Of a stretch of 64,000 bases of DNA, positions 38,236-60,400 are shown piece by piece. Origin of the DNA: Eledone cirrhosa (Eukaryota); NCBI GenBank assembly GCA_964016885.1, contig OZ024759.1, positions 36,022,001 to 36,086,000 on the forward strand, given 5' to 3'. Below the pieces are notes generated by a model. The model saw only the letters and a list, made by a program, of their open reading frames with translations, ran no database searches and was not told the origin of the DNA. Within the stretch, counting starts at the first letter, position 1. Every line of letters begins with the position of its first letter. Both the position numbers and the translations under genes were made by a program.

Positions 38236-38298
38236 AGTATGTATAAACTTACTGTCTATTTCTTCGACCAAGCTAGCAGTTCCAGGTAGATAAGACAT
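36004..38298 (-). CDS. LSM1: Sm-like protein LSm1, 4 exons, about 135 aa
   Basis: Exons (-): 38253-38298, 37193-37261, 36476-36591, 36004-36180. The translation [78 protein letters not shown] is a canonical LSm1 sequence. Confidence 0.96.
37743..37803 (-). ncRNA. Minimal type-I hammerhead ribozyme motif, family A copy 2 (LSM1 intron 1, sense)
   Basis: RNA: UAUUUUAU CUGAUGA GAGUGUACCAAAGUUUUGGUACCCUU GAAA UAUAUA UA/ AUAGAAUA. It lies inside a roughly 160-bp element (37712-37872) flanked by (TA)n. Confidence 0.78.
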
Positions 38299-38439
38299 TT
38301 CGGAATACACAAGAGCAGATGCTTCTCCTGTGCCCTCTGCTTCACCGTCCCGCCATCTACTGACAATTCGTGAAATTGACATTGTCACATTGATTCTCTC
38401 CCTTACACGCTTTTCACTTCAATTTATAGCCGAGATATA

Positions 38440-38544
38440 TACAGGCTGTCCCACCAAAATGTATACACACTTCAAAAGCATTCTAATAAATATTGCCTGT
38501 ACAGGTAATCAAAGTGTGTATACATTTTGGTGGGACACCCTCTG

Positions 38545-38546
<2 letters not shown>
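38440..38546. mobile_element. Tc1/mariner-type MITE of about 100 bp in TA context
   Basis: TIR cagggtgtccccaaaaatgtatacacact ... gtgtgtatacattttggggacaccct (family consensus). Copies are at 23003-23108, 54280-54386 and 59084-59157. Confidence 0.75.
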
Positions 38547-38584
<38 letters not shown>

Positions 38585-40291
38585 GAACGGATCTCCGTCG
38601 ATTTCGGCGACATGTGTTCCAGTTGATTCAATCAACGGAATAAGCCTGCTCACTTTTATTAACGTATAAATGGCTGAGTATTCCACTACATACCCCTTTT
38701 ATTTTTAACGTAATTGTCGGAAGCATTCAGCATCATGCGGGGTGTGACAACACTGGCCCTTTTAGTTACCCATAGAAACCATCTGGACGGACCTCCAACC
38801 AGTTTCCGTCTACCCAAAATTTCTCACAAGGATCGGGTCGACCCAAAAGGTTATGGTAAATTACACTTGACCAAGATGTCATGCAGAGAGATCGAACCCG
38901 GAACCTGGTAGTTGCAGACCTGCCAACCTCTAAAAACTGGCGAATCTCGTGAGGGCGCTTGGTTGTTCCAGCGCATTAGCCTCACCATCACCCGAGGTAA
39001 CACTGCCAGTGTGCTGGTTGCCTCAAAAATCCAGTACCCCTCGTTGCTGTCTTTTGCTCTGGTGTTGGCTCCGTTGTTCACCCCTTCCTTTACATTTTCT
39101 TTAATATTGCAACATTAAAAGAATATATCTTTCTGAAAGAATCGCGAGCTATTTATAATGTTGTCTAAGCATTTGTAATGTTATTTATGTATATATTTAA
39201 AACATATTAGTTATGTTATTCTACTGTAAAGTTATTTATATGCTCTGTATATATCATGTGTTCATATTTTCACTCCGATTTGTAAAACCCAAACGGAGAG
39301 AAATGAGACAAAATGGGGAGATTTTAGATAACGAAAGTTATACCCATTTTCACAAGAGAAGACCTCTCTCACCCACCCGAAAGTGGATGGGGTATCTCCC
39401 CGCCAGACAGGATAGTTGACAGGTGTGTGGTTGTGAAGTTAACTTAACCACTCAGCCATGTCAACGTCCATAATGTTATATGGTACTTTCCCGAAATAAC
39501 GACACGCTGTGATATTGAACCCGGGACCTCGTGGTTGTAAAGCGAGCTGTTTAAACCAGTTAAAGGGCGGTGGAAACATTGCTGCATTTGGTAGGGGCGG
39601 AGGCAAATTTGGTCAATAGTGATAGACATGTTTTTCCTTCTGAACAAATTGGAGCGATTTATAATGTTATTTACGCATTTTTTATGTTATTTACGTAAAT
39701 ATTTAAAACATATTTGCAACGTTATTCTACTGTAAATTTATATAACTGTAATAACATTTCTTGTTTAGCTGTTTATTATCAAATATCAACCAAGATATAA
39801 AAAACTTCGATATGTGATAAACATATCATGTATATAAAATGTAGCGCATATACAAATAGATGTGTGTTTGGGTAGTTTGGGGTGAGTTCCACCTCCCTTT
39901 GTTCATGGGCAAACTGCGGCCCAAGAGGAACATGCGGCTCGTTTGGCTTTCTGAATGGCACGTCTAATTTGAAAATTGCCTTGCATTGTTTTAGTAATGC
40001 GGCCTCTGTTATGAGGCACATCTCATGCGGCCCACTGCTCGAAAAAGTTGCCCATGTCTGGTTTAAACATTCAGTCACACTGAGATATTCTATCCAGCCA
40101 TGAGTAAGGAGTTCAATTCCTACCACCGTATTCATTCCACCCCCAACCCTCAAACATGTTTTTCTTTTTTTCTTTCGTTTTTTCCTTCTTTTTATCACTA
40201 CGATATCATAAACGTATTTTGTACTTAAACAAACAAATATTATTCAGAATGTTTACAGCTTTTAATGATGATGTTGTTGTTGTGGTGGTGG

Positions 40292-40324
<33 letters not shown>

Positions 40325-40691
40325 GTCTGTGTGTATGTATATACATGTATACACATGTGTGCATATGGACCTGAAATTTTTTCCAATTTCACCCCGCCTG
40401 TCCCTTCACTCTTTCTAATTTCTCATTCTTTCTTTTGATGAAAACTAGCGTCCGAAACGTTAAGAGCCTCTTCCTGCTATTTCAAGCGTTAACCTAATAT
40501 ATCCCTTCCATATACTGTACCAATTGTGTTATTTCTGTTTACCTTTTACATACACATAAATATGCATATATGTGTATATATAATAGTAACAGTTAATATG
40601 AAAAGAACAACATACACAAAAGTTAACTATGTATATATATATATAAGTATATATCTTTTATATGTATATATATGTATATATATGTATATAT

Positions 40692-40750
<59 letters not shown>

Positions 40751-40765
40751 TATATATATATATAT

Positions 40766-40860
<95 letters not shown>

Positions 40861-41067
40861 TATACATATATATATATATATACACACATATATATACATA
40901 TATTTATATATTTATTAAAATAACAGATTAAAGTTTAAGCAAAGGACCGCCTAAACTTTAATCTGTTATTCTAATAAATATTTGCTCTACGGTTCTTATA
41001 TATTTGATATATATTTATCCTTATCGAGCCCTCTTTGGATTTTAGTCTTTACATTTATTATTATTGC

Positions 41068-41178
<111 letters not shown>

Positions 41179-41179
41179 G

Positions 41180-41212
<33 letters not shown>

Positions 41213-41220
41213 ACATGTAT

Positions 41221-41253
<33 letters not shown>

Positions 41254-41576
41254 CACATGTATATACATACATATATATATATACACATGTATATACATAC
41301 ATATATATAGATAGATATATATACACATGTATATACATACATATATATAGATAGATATATATACATGTATATACATACATATATATATATATATATACAC
41401 ATGTATATACATACATATATATATATGTATGTATATATAATGAAGTGCTACCTTCAACAGATTAAGTGTGTAAGAGATTAATTAATTAACAACAACAACA
41501 ACCAACATGAGATTAACTGTTAATCCCATTACAGCACATTCTCAATGAATGGAGACATGACTTAACAGCAAGTACG

Positions 41577-42880
41577 CCAACAACAACACCACCACCACCA
41601 CCATCAACAACAACACCACCACCACCATCAACAACAACACCACCACCACCACCAACAACAACACCAACACCACCAACAACAACAACACCACCACCACCAT
41701 CAACAACACCACCAACAACAACAACACCATCAACAACACCAACAACAACACTACCACCACCAACAACACCACCACCAACAACACAACCACCACCACCACC
41801 AACAACAACACCACCACCACCAACAACACCACCAACAACACAACCACCACCACCAACAACACAACCACTACCACCACCAACAACAACACCAACAACAACA
41901 CCACCACCACCAACAACACCACCAACAACACAACCACCACCACCAACAACACAACCACTACCACCACCAACAACACCACCACCACCACCAACAACAACAC
42001 CACCACCATCATCAACAACACCACCAACAACAACACCATCAACAACACTACCACCACCAACAACACTACCACCACCAACAACAACACCACCACCAACAAC
42101 ACAACCACCACCACCAACAACAACAACACCACCACCACCAACAACACAACCACCACCACCAACAACACCACCAACAACACAACCACCACCACCAACAACA
42201 CAACCACTACCACCACCAACAACAACACCACCAACAACAACACCACCACCAACACCACCACCACCACCAACAACTACACTACCAACAACAACTACAACAA
42301 CAACAACTACACCATCAGCCACACCAACACCAACATTAACAACAACACCTTCAATAACACTACCACCACCACCATCATCACCACTGCTAACATCAACTAC
42401 AACACTACCACCACCACCCTTAACAACTACAGCACTACAACCAGCAGCATCACCACTAACACCAACAACAGCACTAACACAGCATCACCATCAACAACAC
42501 TACCAGCACCACCACCACAACCATCAACCAACAACAACACTGCCACCATCATCACCACTAACAACACCACCATCATCCCCACTAACACCACTAACAACAC
42601 CATCATCCCCACTAACACCACCATCATCACCACTAACACCACAACACCACCATCATCACCACTAACACCACAACATCACCATCATCACCACTAACACCAA
42701 CAACAACACCACCACAATCACCACTAACGCCACCACAACCGTCAACCAACAACAACTACACCACCACCACCACCACTAAGACCACTAACAACACCACCAC
42801 CACCACTAAGACCACTAACAACACCACCACCACCATCACCACTAAGACCACCACAACCATCGACCATCAACAACAGCAAC
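41577..42880. repeat. (AAC/ACC)n compound trinucleotide low-complexity tract
   Basis: About 1.3 kb made almost entirely of caa/cac/cat triplets. Confidence 0.95.
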
Positions 42881-43607
42881 AGAGTTCACGTGACCCGGTA
42901 AGCTTGAGGAATCAATATTCGCATTTCTTTAGCAAAAATTTATTGATGATCTGAGAAATTACATATCTCTTTCTCATTCTCTCTCTCTCTCATTCTCACT
43001 CTTTCTCATTCTCTCTCTCTCTCATTCTCACTCTTTCTCATTCTCTCTCTCTCTCATTCTCACTCTTTCCCGTTCTCTCTCTCTCTCGAGTTACTGCACC
43101 ATTCTGGTAAGTACCATTGCTTTCTTATGATCAACAGATTACAAGAAGGAAGGAAGGATCATGTTTCTAAAGATTAGATCAGTGGGTCCCACCCTGGGAC
43201 TGGCAGGGTTGGGTGGGATCGAGTGTGTGTGATTTTCAGGTCCTGCAAAGGCAACACTCCAGTTACATCAGCTAAGGTCACATTTTAAAATTACTTTGTT
43301 AAAACAACAAACAAAACAAAAATATAATAATTTCTTCTTTAGGCACAAGGCCAGCAATTTTGGAGGGAGGGGAAAGTCGATTAAATCGAACCCAATATGT
43401 TACTGGTACTTTCTTTTATCGGCTCTGTAAGGATGAAAGGCAAAGCTATATATAATGCCTGCTTTTGGGTATCCATTCTTCTGTGTTTGACAGCTAAGGT
43501 CAAAACCTCAAGTACTTTGTTTATAAAAATAATATCCACATACTATCTATTCTTCTGGAGGTCTGTAAGCTAAGTTATAAATTTCAACTACCTTGTTAAA
43601 AACATAA

Positions 43608-43773
43608 TACTAGTAAAATTCCGTTATAACGAATTTTTCAGTATAACAAAATTTGTTTCAATCCCTGGCAACACACTCAATGTGTTAGGTCGATCTCGTT
43701 ATAAAGAATTTTTCATTACAAAAAATTTTTTTTTATACCCCGTGAATTTCGTTATAATGGAATTTCAATGTAT
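43608..43773. mobile_element. pogo/Tigger-like MITE
   Basis: Imperfect TIRs tactagtaaaattccgttataacgaa ... ttcgttataatggaatttcaatgta, with an internal cgttataa repeat. Confidence 0.55.
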
Positions 43774-43850
43774 ACATAATATACTACTACTACATCAAAC
43801 TTTATCTACAAATTATAATTCCAGAACCTTGCCCCTGGGATGAGAAGCTG

Positions 43851-51377
<7,527 letters not shown>

Positions 51378-51716
51378 GAATTAGTGAAGCTGTTGTTGCT
51401 GTTGTTCTTTGCTGTTTTTTGCTAAACTTTACAATCCAAATACATAAATGGAGATATAGACAAATATATACTTCCACAAAAAAAACAAAAAAAAAACAAA
51501 AAAAAACATACTTTCATGAACAGGCTGCTTTATGAAAGAAAAAAATACTAATACTAAAAAATAATTATTTGATACAATAATATTGTCCCTATTTCTAGCA
51601 AATGAATTTTTGGATCTAATGATATATTTAAATATCTATCTATCTAACCCTTGCTAGCAAGGAAAACAGACATTAAATGATGAAATAAATATATACATAT
51701 GATATATATGTGTGTG

Positions 51717-51749
<33 letters not shown>

Positions 51750-51762
51750 ATATTTATATATA

Positions 51763-51851
<89 letters not shown>

Positions 51852-52659
51852 ATATACAGTTAAATGTTATATTTAAAAATATATTATATATATACTGTTC
51901 ACTTATTACAAGTATTTATCAAAATAAAATATATATTTAATTCAATGAAGCCTTTCTTCTCTTCTTTGTGTGTGTGTGTGTGTTAAACAGATCTCGGGAC
52001 CTCTGTCAACAGTTTAGATGTGTCTTTGCACATATAAGCTCGCAGATCTGGCGAGATGTCAAAAAAGAATCAGGCCCCCGTCACCTTGATTGTACCCTGA
52101 GTTGATCAATATTGAAACAATTATAATATGCAAATAGAGTTTGTAAATATGCTGCAACACTGACTTCGGGTCTTAAATAATATATATATATATAATTGTT
52201 TCTACTTTTGGCACAAGGCCAGCAACCACCCAGTACATTACTGGTACTTTATTTTATCGACCCCGTAAGGATGAAAGGCAAAGTTAACCTCCGCGGAATT
52301 TGAACTCAGATCATAAGGTTCAAATTCCGCCGATGTTAACTTTGTCTTATATATATATATATCTAATTGTTTCTACTTTAGGCACAAGGCCAGCAATAAC
52401 CCAGTGCATTACTGGTACTTTATTTTATCGACCCTGTAAGGATGAAAGGCAAAGTAAAGGACGAAAGGTTACTCCTTCATTACGTTTATTGGTTGGTGAC
52501 GCGCGTTTCGTTCCTGATCAGCTCAAGGTTCGATCTAGCCAGATCAATACAAGGGTTTGATGGAGGTGGAGAACGTGTCATAACGAGTATTAACCAAGAC
52601 TTTGTTTCGGAATTTTACGAACGATAACCCTTATTTTGCTTTTGCTAGAGTTATTTCCC

Positions 52660-52770
52660 ATTCGGTCGGATGCCGCAAAACACCGTTTGAGCAACTTCCG
52701 GTGAAGATACGTGGCAGATGAGCTGCGGCTGCGCACACGGTGTATCTGAATTCACGACATCCGGTCCCTT
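52660..52770 (+). promoter_or_regulatory. Candidate TMED proximal promoter (CpG-rich; ETS and CREB3/XBP1-like motifs)
   Basis: A local CpG-rich patch with ACTTCCGG at 52694-52701 and ACGTGGCA at 52709-52716, just upstream of exon 1. Motif match only. Confidence 0.45.
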
Positions 52771-52787
52771 AGATTAGTCTAACCAAG

Positions 52788-53002
52788 ATGTCAACGTGGA
52801 ATTTGTTCGACTCGAACCAAAAAATGCTGTCCTTCCAACATATCCTCATATTAGTCTGTGGCTTGTGTTCCTTTGCAACCTTCTCAAATGCCTTATTCTT
52901 CCATATCGGAGAAACGGAAAAAAAATGCTTCATAGAGGAATTGCCGGACGAAACGATGGTTGTCGGTAAGTGACAAACTGACAAATATTTTCGACACTCC
53001 CA

Positions 53003-53039
<37 letters not shown>

Positions 53040-53752
53040 CATGTGTGAGTGATTTAATATGTATATATATACACTCGAATCCGGTGTATGTATATATATT
53101 TTACAGATCTCACCTATGTAGGTTTTGCTGGCCTCATACGACACTATATATATATATATACACATACATATATATGCGTGTATATATATATATATATATA
53201 TGTATGTGTACATATATACATGTATATGTGTGTCATCAGAGACAACATTGTTTTATATATATATTGTGTAAAAGGTAAACAAAAATAAGATGGAGATATA
53301 TACACGTATGCAGAATAAAAACTTTGTCTTAACGGATTTCTGAATTAACAGACCAAATATAATAGTAATGAGAATATGGTTTCTGGGGCACAAGGCCAGC
53401 AATTTTTTTTTTTTTGGGGGGGGGGGGGTCGATTAAATCGACCCCAGTTCATTACTGGTACTTTATTGACCACATAATGATGAAAGGCAAAGCTAACCTT
53501 GGCAGGATTTGAACTTAGAATGTAAAGGACAAAGCACTCTTCTCCATTAACAAAAGTGAAGGGAAAATTTGCAGTTTCTTTATTGTAAATAAATATTTTT
53601 ACAAGATGTACTCGTGTACATCTATTACAGCTGTCTTCTACACATCACCCCAATAAAATACTCCATCTGCAGGTTATCTTCGATCTAATCGACTTTCGGT
53701 ATTAACAGACACGCCTTCGCCTTTATTAATCCGTTAGAGTGTTTAGTCTGTC

Positions 53753-53784
<32 letters not shown>

Positions 53785-53895
53785 CTTATGAGAGACTAAG
53801 AAATAGGTTTTATTCATTTACCAAGTGTATTTTAGCTCAATGCTAGGAGGAATTAAATGTCTTAAACTTTTGAAATTGTTTAGACACTTCACTAC

Positions 53896-53959
<64 letters not shown>

Positions 53960-54701
53960 AGGAATAACTTGAACCGTTAAGGTATATTATCCTTGCTTAT
54001 GTCAATATTTATAAAACACACTTCCTATTTTATCTGATGATAGCGTACCAATATTTTTGGTACCCTTGAAATATATATAATAGAATAAATATGGTTTTAT
54101 AAATATAGTTTCCATTTATTTAATATCAATGTATGTATATATATATATATATATATAAGAACAAAAGATGGTTAAATGAGTTCCATGTATTTTATTATGC
54201 GCATTTCAAAAACATATCTGCATTGCTTTATTGTACTACAATAAAACTCACCTCCTACATATATATATATATATACACACAGGGTGTCCCCAAAAATGTA
54301 TACACACTTCAATAGCATTTTAATAAATATTGCCTGTTCAGGTAATGAAAGTGTGTATACGTTTTCGGGAGGGGTTTGGCACCCCTCTCTCTCTATATAT
54401 AGATAGATATAAATATATATGTATGTGTAGGGGTTATTTAAAAATCTGAGCATCAGTCTACAACGATGTTAGTAACAACCTGTTACACCGGGGATGAAGA
54501 TTTAAAAATAAAAAAATCGGAGTTGTCTAAAATGGCGTGGGAGGAGAGTTAATGTTTGAACGATCTCTGGACACCAACATGTAACCCCCACCGTCAGTAT
54601 ATATATATATATATATATATATTACATGTTTATATATATATATACTGACGGTGGGGGTTACATGTTTATATATATGTACTGACGGTGGGGGTTACATGTT
54701 C

Positions 54702-54737
<36 letters not shown>

Positions 54738-56043
54738 TGACGGTGGGGGTTACATGTTCATGTATATATATATTTCTGAACATGTAACCCCCACCGTCAG
54801 TACATATATACATACAATATGTTGAAAAGGTAACACAGCAGAGAGAGATATACAGTGCGTTATCAATAAAACCACCAGTGTATGGAATATAGATTCCATA
54901 CACTGGTGGGTTTTTCCCTCTTTTATTGATCTCTCTGTTCAACATATTGTATTTTAAAGAGCTCAGGATTTCTTCTCCTTTGAGCACGTCTGAGTTCAAA
55001 TCCCGGCGAGGTTAACTTCGTCTTTCATCCTTACGGGGTCGATAAAATAAAGTACCAGTAATGCTGGCCTTGTGCCAAAAGTAGAAACAATTATTTACAG
55101 GGAATAGCGAGGGCCTATGCCTCCGTTAATTTATCATGATATATATATATATATATATGTGTTTATATATATATATGTATATATTTATCAAGTAAATATG
55201 TTTTGAAACAGTAAGCAGGTTTGAAATTAGAAAATAGAATAGCTTTCGCCGTATTTTTGACTAAAGAAATGTTAGCCTGATAATGGAGTTTAGAACCCTC
55301 AGATAAATGGAAAAAGATGAGTATTGACTCCCATGTACGTCAATACTCATCTTTTTCCATTTACCTGAGGGTTCTAAACTCCATTATCAGGCTAACATTT
55401 CTTTAGTCAAAAATACGGTGAAAGCTATTGTACATATTTATATATATGTATATATTTATATATATATGTATATATTTATATATATATATGTATATATTTA
55501 TATATATATGTATATATTTATATATATATGTATATATTTATATATATATATGTATATATTTATATATATATGTATATATTTATATATATATGTATATATT
55601 TATATATATATGTATATATTTATATATATATGTATATATTTATATATATATGTATATATTTATATATATATGTATATATTTATATATATATGTATATATT
55701 TATATATATATGTATATATTTATATATATATATGTATATATTTATATATATATATGTATATATTTATATGTATATATTTATATTTATATTTATATGTATA
55801 TATTTATATATATGTATATATATTTATATATATGTATATATATTTATATATATGTATATATATTTATATGTATATATTTATATGTATATATTTATATTTA
55901 TATGTATATATTTATATTTATATGTATATATTTATATGTATGTACATATTTATATGTATGTATATATTATTTATATGTATGTATATATTATTTATATATA
56001 TATGTATATTATATATATATATATTTATATTTATATATATATG

Positions 56044-56096
<53 letters not shown>

Positions 56097-56788
56097 GCGC
56101 GTTCTCCGTACTTTTGAAACACTTTCTGAATTATGGCTTCACTAATATCTATCTATCTATCTATCTCTCTCTCTCTCTATATATATATCTATATATCTAT
56201 ATATATTAAAATAACAGATTAAAGTTTAAGCAAAGAATCGCTGCTTTCACCCTTAACGGGATCTTTCTTAAACTTTAATCTGTTATCATAATAAATATTT
56301 GCTCTACGGTTCTTATATATTTGATATATATTTATCCTTATCGAGCCCTCTTTGGATTTTAGTCTCCACATTTATTATTATTACTATATATATTATGGAA
56401 TACTGTTGGCTTTTTGCTACAATGTTTTCTATACCATTCATTTATATATATGTATGCAAAAGTTCTATTTAAAGTTGTTGGGATACAACAAGTAAATATT
56501 TTTATAACTGATATAAAGCACTCGACAAATTTTTGGAGTAGATATACGATATTAATAAATGGAAACTATATTTATAAAGCCATATTTATTTCATTATACA
56601 TATTTCAGGGATACCACATTAAATTCCTACAAAATACATGTTATATATACATGTTATATACATGTTATATACTGTTATATATTGTATTTTGTCTGATGAA
56701 AGCATACCATAATTTAATGTGGTATCCCTGAAATATGTATAATGAAATAAATATGGCTTTATAAATATAGTTTCCATTTATTAATATC

Positions 56789-56829
<41 letters not shown>

Positions 56830-57285
56830 CGGGGGGGGGGGGGGATCAATGGTGCATGTAGCAGGTGTATTGTGTACATAGTGTGTGTGTGGCAGTGGTG
56901 TATGTAGCAAGTGTGTGTGAGGTGTATATGGCAGTGATGTACGTGGTGGTATAATGTAGTGTGTGCGGTAGCATGTGATGTCACTGGTGGGGTGTTATTT
57001 AATATGTATGGTTGACAGAGAGACAGTAGAGGGGTGGGGGTGAGAGACAGTAGAGGGGTGGGGGTGAGAGACAGTAGAGGGGTGGGGGTGAGAGACAGTA
57101 AAGCTGTTGTTATCCTGTTGATTGATTTCTTTTAACCTGTGTATTACCTGTGTTACAGTGCTCTAAGGTAAAGGTGAGAGAAGTCACTATCACCTGTAGT
57201 TACCTGTGTTACAATAACTTGGGTAAACATGAGACAGGTCACTATCACCTGTGTGCTTTACATGTACCACATTTTTTTTTTATAA

Positions 57286-57330
<45 letters not shown>

Positions 57331-57363
57331 GTGTATATATATATATATATGTGTATATATATA

Positions 57364-57424
<61 letters not shown>

Positions 57425-60400
57425 GTGTATATATGGCTTAGTGGTTAGAGCATTGGCCTTGCAATCGAAAGGTTGTGAGTTCAATTCTCAGACCGGGTGA
57501 TGTGTTGTTTCCTTGAGCAAGACACTTTATTTCACATTGCTCCAGTTTACTCAGCTGTAGAAATGAGATGATAGGGACTGGGGTCCATATCATTCCACTG
57601 CAAAGTGGTCGTGGAGGTGCCACGGCAAAAAAGCACCCAGCACTCACTGTAAATGAGGTTGGTGTTAGGAAGGGCATCCAGCTGTAGAAATCAAGCCAGA
57701 ATCAGTTCCCGTCCCACCCTTGCAAGCAGGGAAAAGTGGACGTAAAATGAAATGATGATGATGATGATGATATATATATATGTGTATATATTTTAATATA
57801 TATATATATCATTTCATTTCACGTCCGCTTTTACCCTGCTTGCAAGGGTGGGACAGGAATGCCCTTCCTAACACCAACCTCATTTACAGTGAGTGCTGGG
57901 TGCTTTTTTGCCGTGGCACCTCCATGACCACTTTCCAGTGGAATGATAGGGACCCCATACACACACACATATATATATGTGTGTGTGTATGTATATATAT
58001 ATGTGTGTATGTATATATATATGTGTGTATATATATGTGTGTTAAACAAATTAGGTATCATTTGAGATGTAAATATCCGAGGAACTAGAAAGTCTAGGAC
58101 GAGACTGGGCAGGTTTAATGTTGAGCAACAGAAGATTTATTCCTTAAAATTTGTCAACATTATAACACTAATTCACTCCTAGATTTTGTAGTTTCTGGGA
58201 TATTTACATCTCAAATGATTTCAAATTGGTGTGTGTAGATATATATATATATAATAGAACACTGGAGGGTTATATCTGTAGTAGTAGAGCACTCAGTCCA
58301 TGGGACGTGTTTGGTAGAAGTTCCACACCAGTTAGTTCACCATACCGGTATGGTGAACTAACTGTTGTGGAACTACTTCTATATATATATATGTATGTAT
58401 GGTGGCTGCCAACTCGTTTTCGAGTACGGCCACTACTTTATATCCATGTAGGAGAACCCCTACCGATGCTCTGAACGAGTGTGACTTTTTAGTCCAGCCA
58501 GCGACTTGAAAACTCTGGTACAAACACTACACTTGTGACAATTACTGACACATAGTGCTGGGCCCATGGTACCATGTGACGACAAGTGCAGAGAGATCTC
58601 CAGATATAAAGCAATGCCTGTGCCGTGAAGCTTTTATAGTGAACAAAAGCACTGCACAAAGCCAGTCCCACTCTCTTAACCAAGATGATATTTACCAATA
58701 TATATATATACACACACACATGCTATGTGGTCTATAATAAAATGTTGTAGTTTGCTTGAATCATTGTATATAATATATGTGGAAAGTATGGACAGTAAGA
58801 TGAAGGTAATGAGAAAGGTAAGCTTTGTTGTTTTGTTGCTGTTGTTACTTTTGCCCTAATATTTCTGGACTTAAAATTCCAAAGAGAAGAAATGTAGCTT
58901 TTTTTTTTTTCTCTGAGAGTTCCTTAAACTCTGAAGAAGGGGATTTTAAGTCCCGAAATATTAGGACAAAAGAAATAACAGCAACAAAAACGAAAAAAAA
59001 AAACCTCAACGGTTACCTTCACCTTACCATCCATTTTGCATTGTTTAGCCTTATATCATTTTCCACATTATATATATATACACACAGGATGTCCCAAAAA
59101 ATGTATACCCACGTACATGTAATCAACGTGTGTATACATTTTTGGGGGACACCCTGTGTATATATATATGTACACACACACATATATATATATAAATATA
59201 ATATATACACATACACACACAAATATGCATCTACATACATAGGTTGTTATTAATTAGGTGTGTATAATATGATTGATTTTTAACCCATTTTCAGGCAAGT
59301 ATAAAGTTGAGATATTTGACAACAACATAAAAAACTATGTCCCAACTGTTCATGGGTTAGGGATTCATGTTGAAGTGAAAGACCCTGAAGATAAAGTGAT
59401 TCTGTCAAGGGTAAGACCTTGTTGTTTATGATGTAATACTGACTCACCTTTTGTTTTTATTTTTTGTTATTTTACTTTGCTTTCTCAGCCTTTTCTTTTG
59501 AACAGGCAACCTAATTTGTAAACCTAGACAAGACATTCAGGGATCTCCCTGCCCCCCCTTCACTTCACAAACCTGTGACTGTATTTTTAATGAAATAAAT
59601 TTTATTTCAATTATTTAATGAAGAACTTTGACAAATTTACTCATCATTTAAGACGTTAAATGATAAGATAGTAATTTATCCCTTTAGCATTTAAACCAGC
59701 CATATCTGGCAGAATTCTCTCACCTCTTTCTATTCAAACTGGCCGTACCCAGCCACTCATACTGATGTTATGGTATTGTTCTCAAAATAAATAACATCAA
59801 AATCTTGTTGATTCGATATTATATGAGATAAAGCCTTTAACACAAAAATACAATAGTATATATAGAGTAATGTAAATACTAAAGTGGTAACATAGTTCTC
59901 GTATACAATTCTGCTGGAAGATTTTAATTTAAATAGAGACCTTTTGAAATGGTTTCATATAACCAGAATCAGTTATGGCTGAGCTGATATTAAAAGAGTT
60001 AATGAAGAAACAGGTGGAGAAGTTAAACAGCCCAAAACAATAATTTATTATAATAAGCAGTACAAAAGGCTATGTTTCATACTTCTTTGAAAGAATTTTC
60101 CATAAAAGTATGTATACAAAATCCTATTGTGCTAAAAATAATAATTACACATAAAGCAAGTTATTCATTAAAGTAATTACTAAATACATTTTTACATTAA
60201 ATATTGATTTACGAACGTTTTGCCCTCTTGTAAAAACGTGTTTGGTGTCTATTTAAAAAAAATAAAAATATATATATGGATGCGAGAAAAACCACAAACC
60301 CTCCATCTCAATTCTACTTTTGAAAAGCATAAGAACTGTGAAACCGGAAAAGGAACCAAATAAATACTCTTAAAAAGACTCCAGTTGCATTTTTGATTTC

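Noticed and set aside
41513-42642. 269-aa Gly/Val-rich and 243-aa Val/Leu-rich ORFs resembling structural proteins
   Set aside because: They come from an (AAC/ACC)n tract that is stop-free by composition in several frames, with no signal peptide or splice support. A mucin-like exon cannot be fully excluded without RNA data.
57018-57100. G-rich 24-bp repeat (gagagacagtagaggggtgggggt) as a functional G-quadruplex
   Set aside because: It could fold, but it is a short simple minisatellite with no evidence of function.
57435-57500. tRNA-like sequence with A and B boxes
   Set aside because: It continues into CORE and tail domains, occurs in dispersed copies and lacks a proper acceptor stem, so it is a SINE head rather than a tRNA gene.
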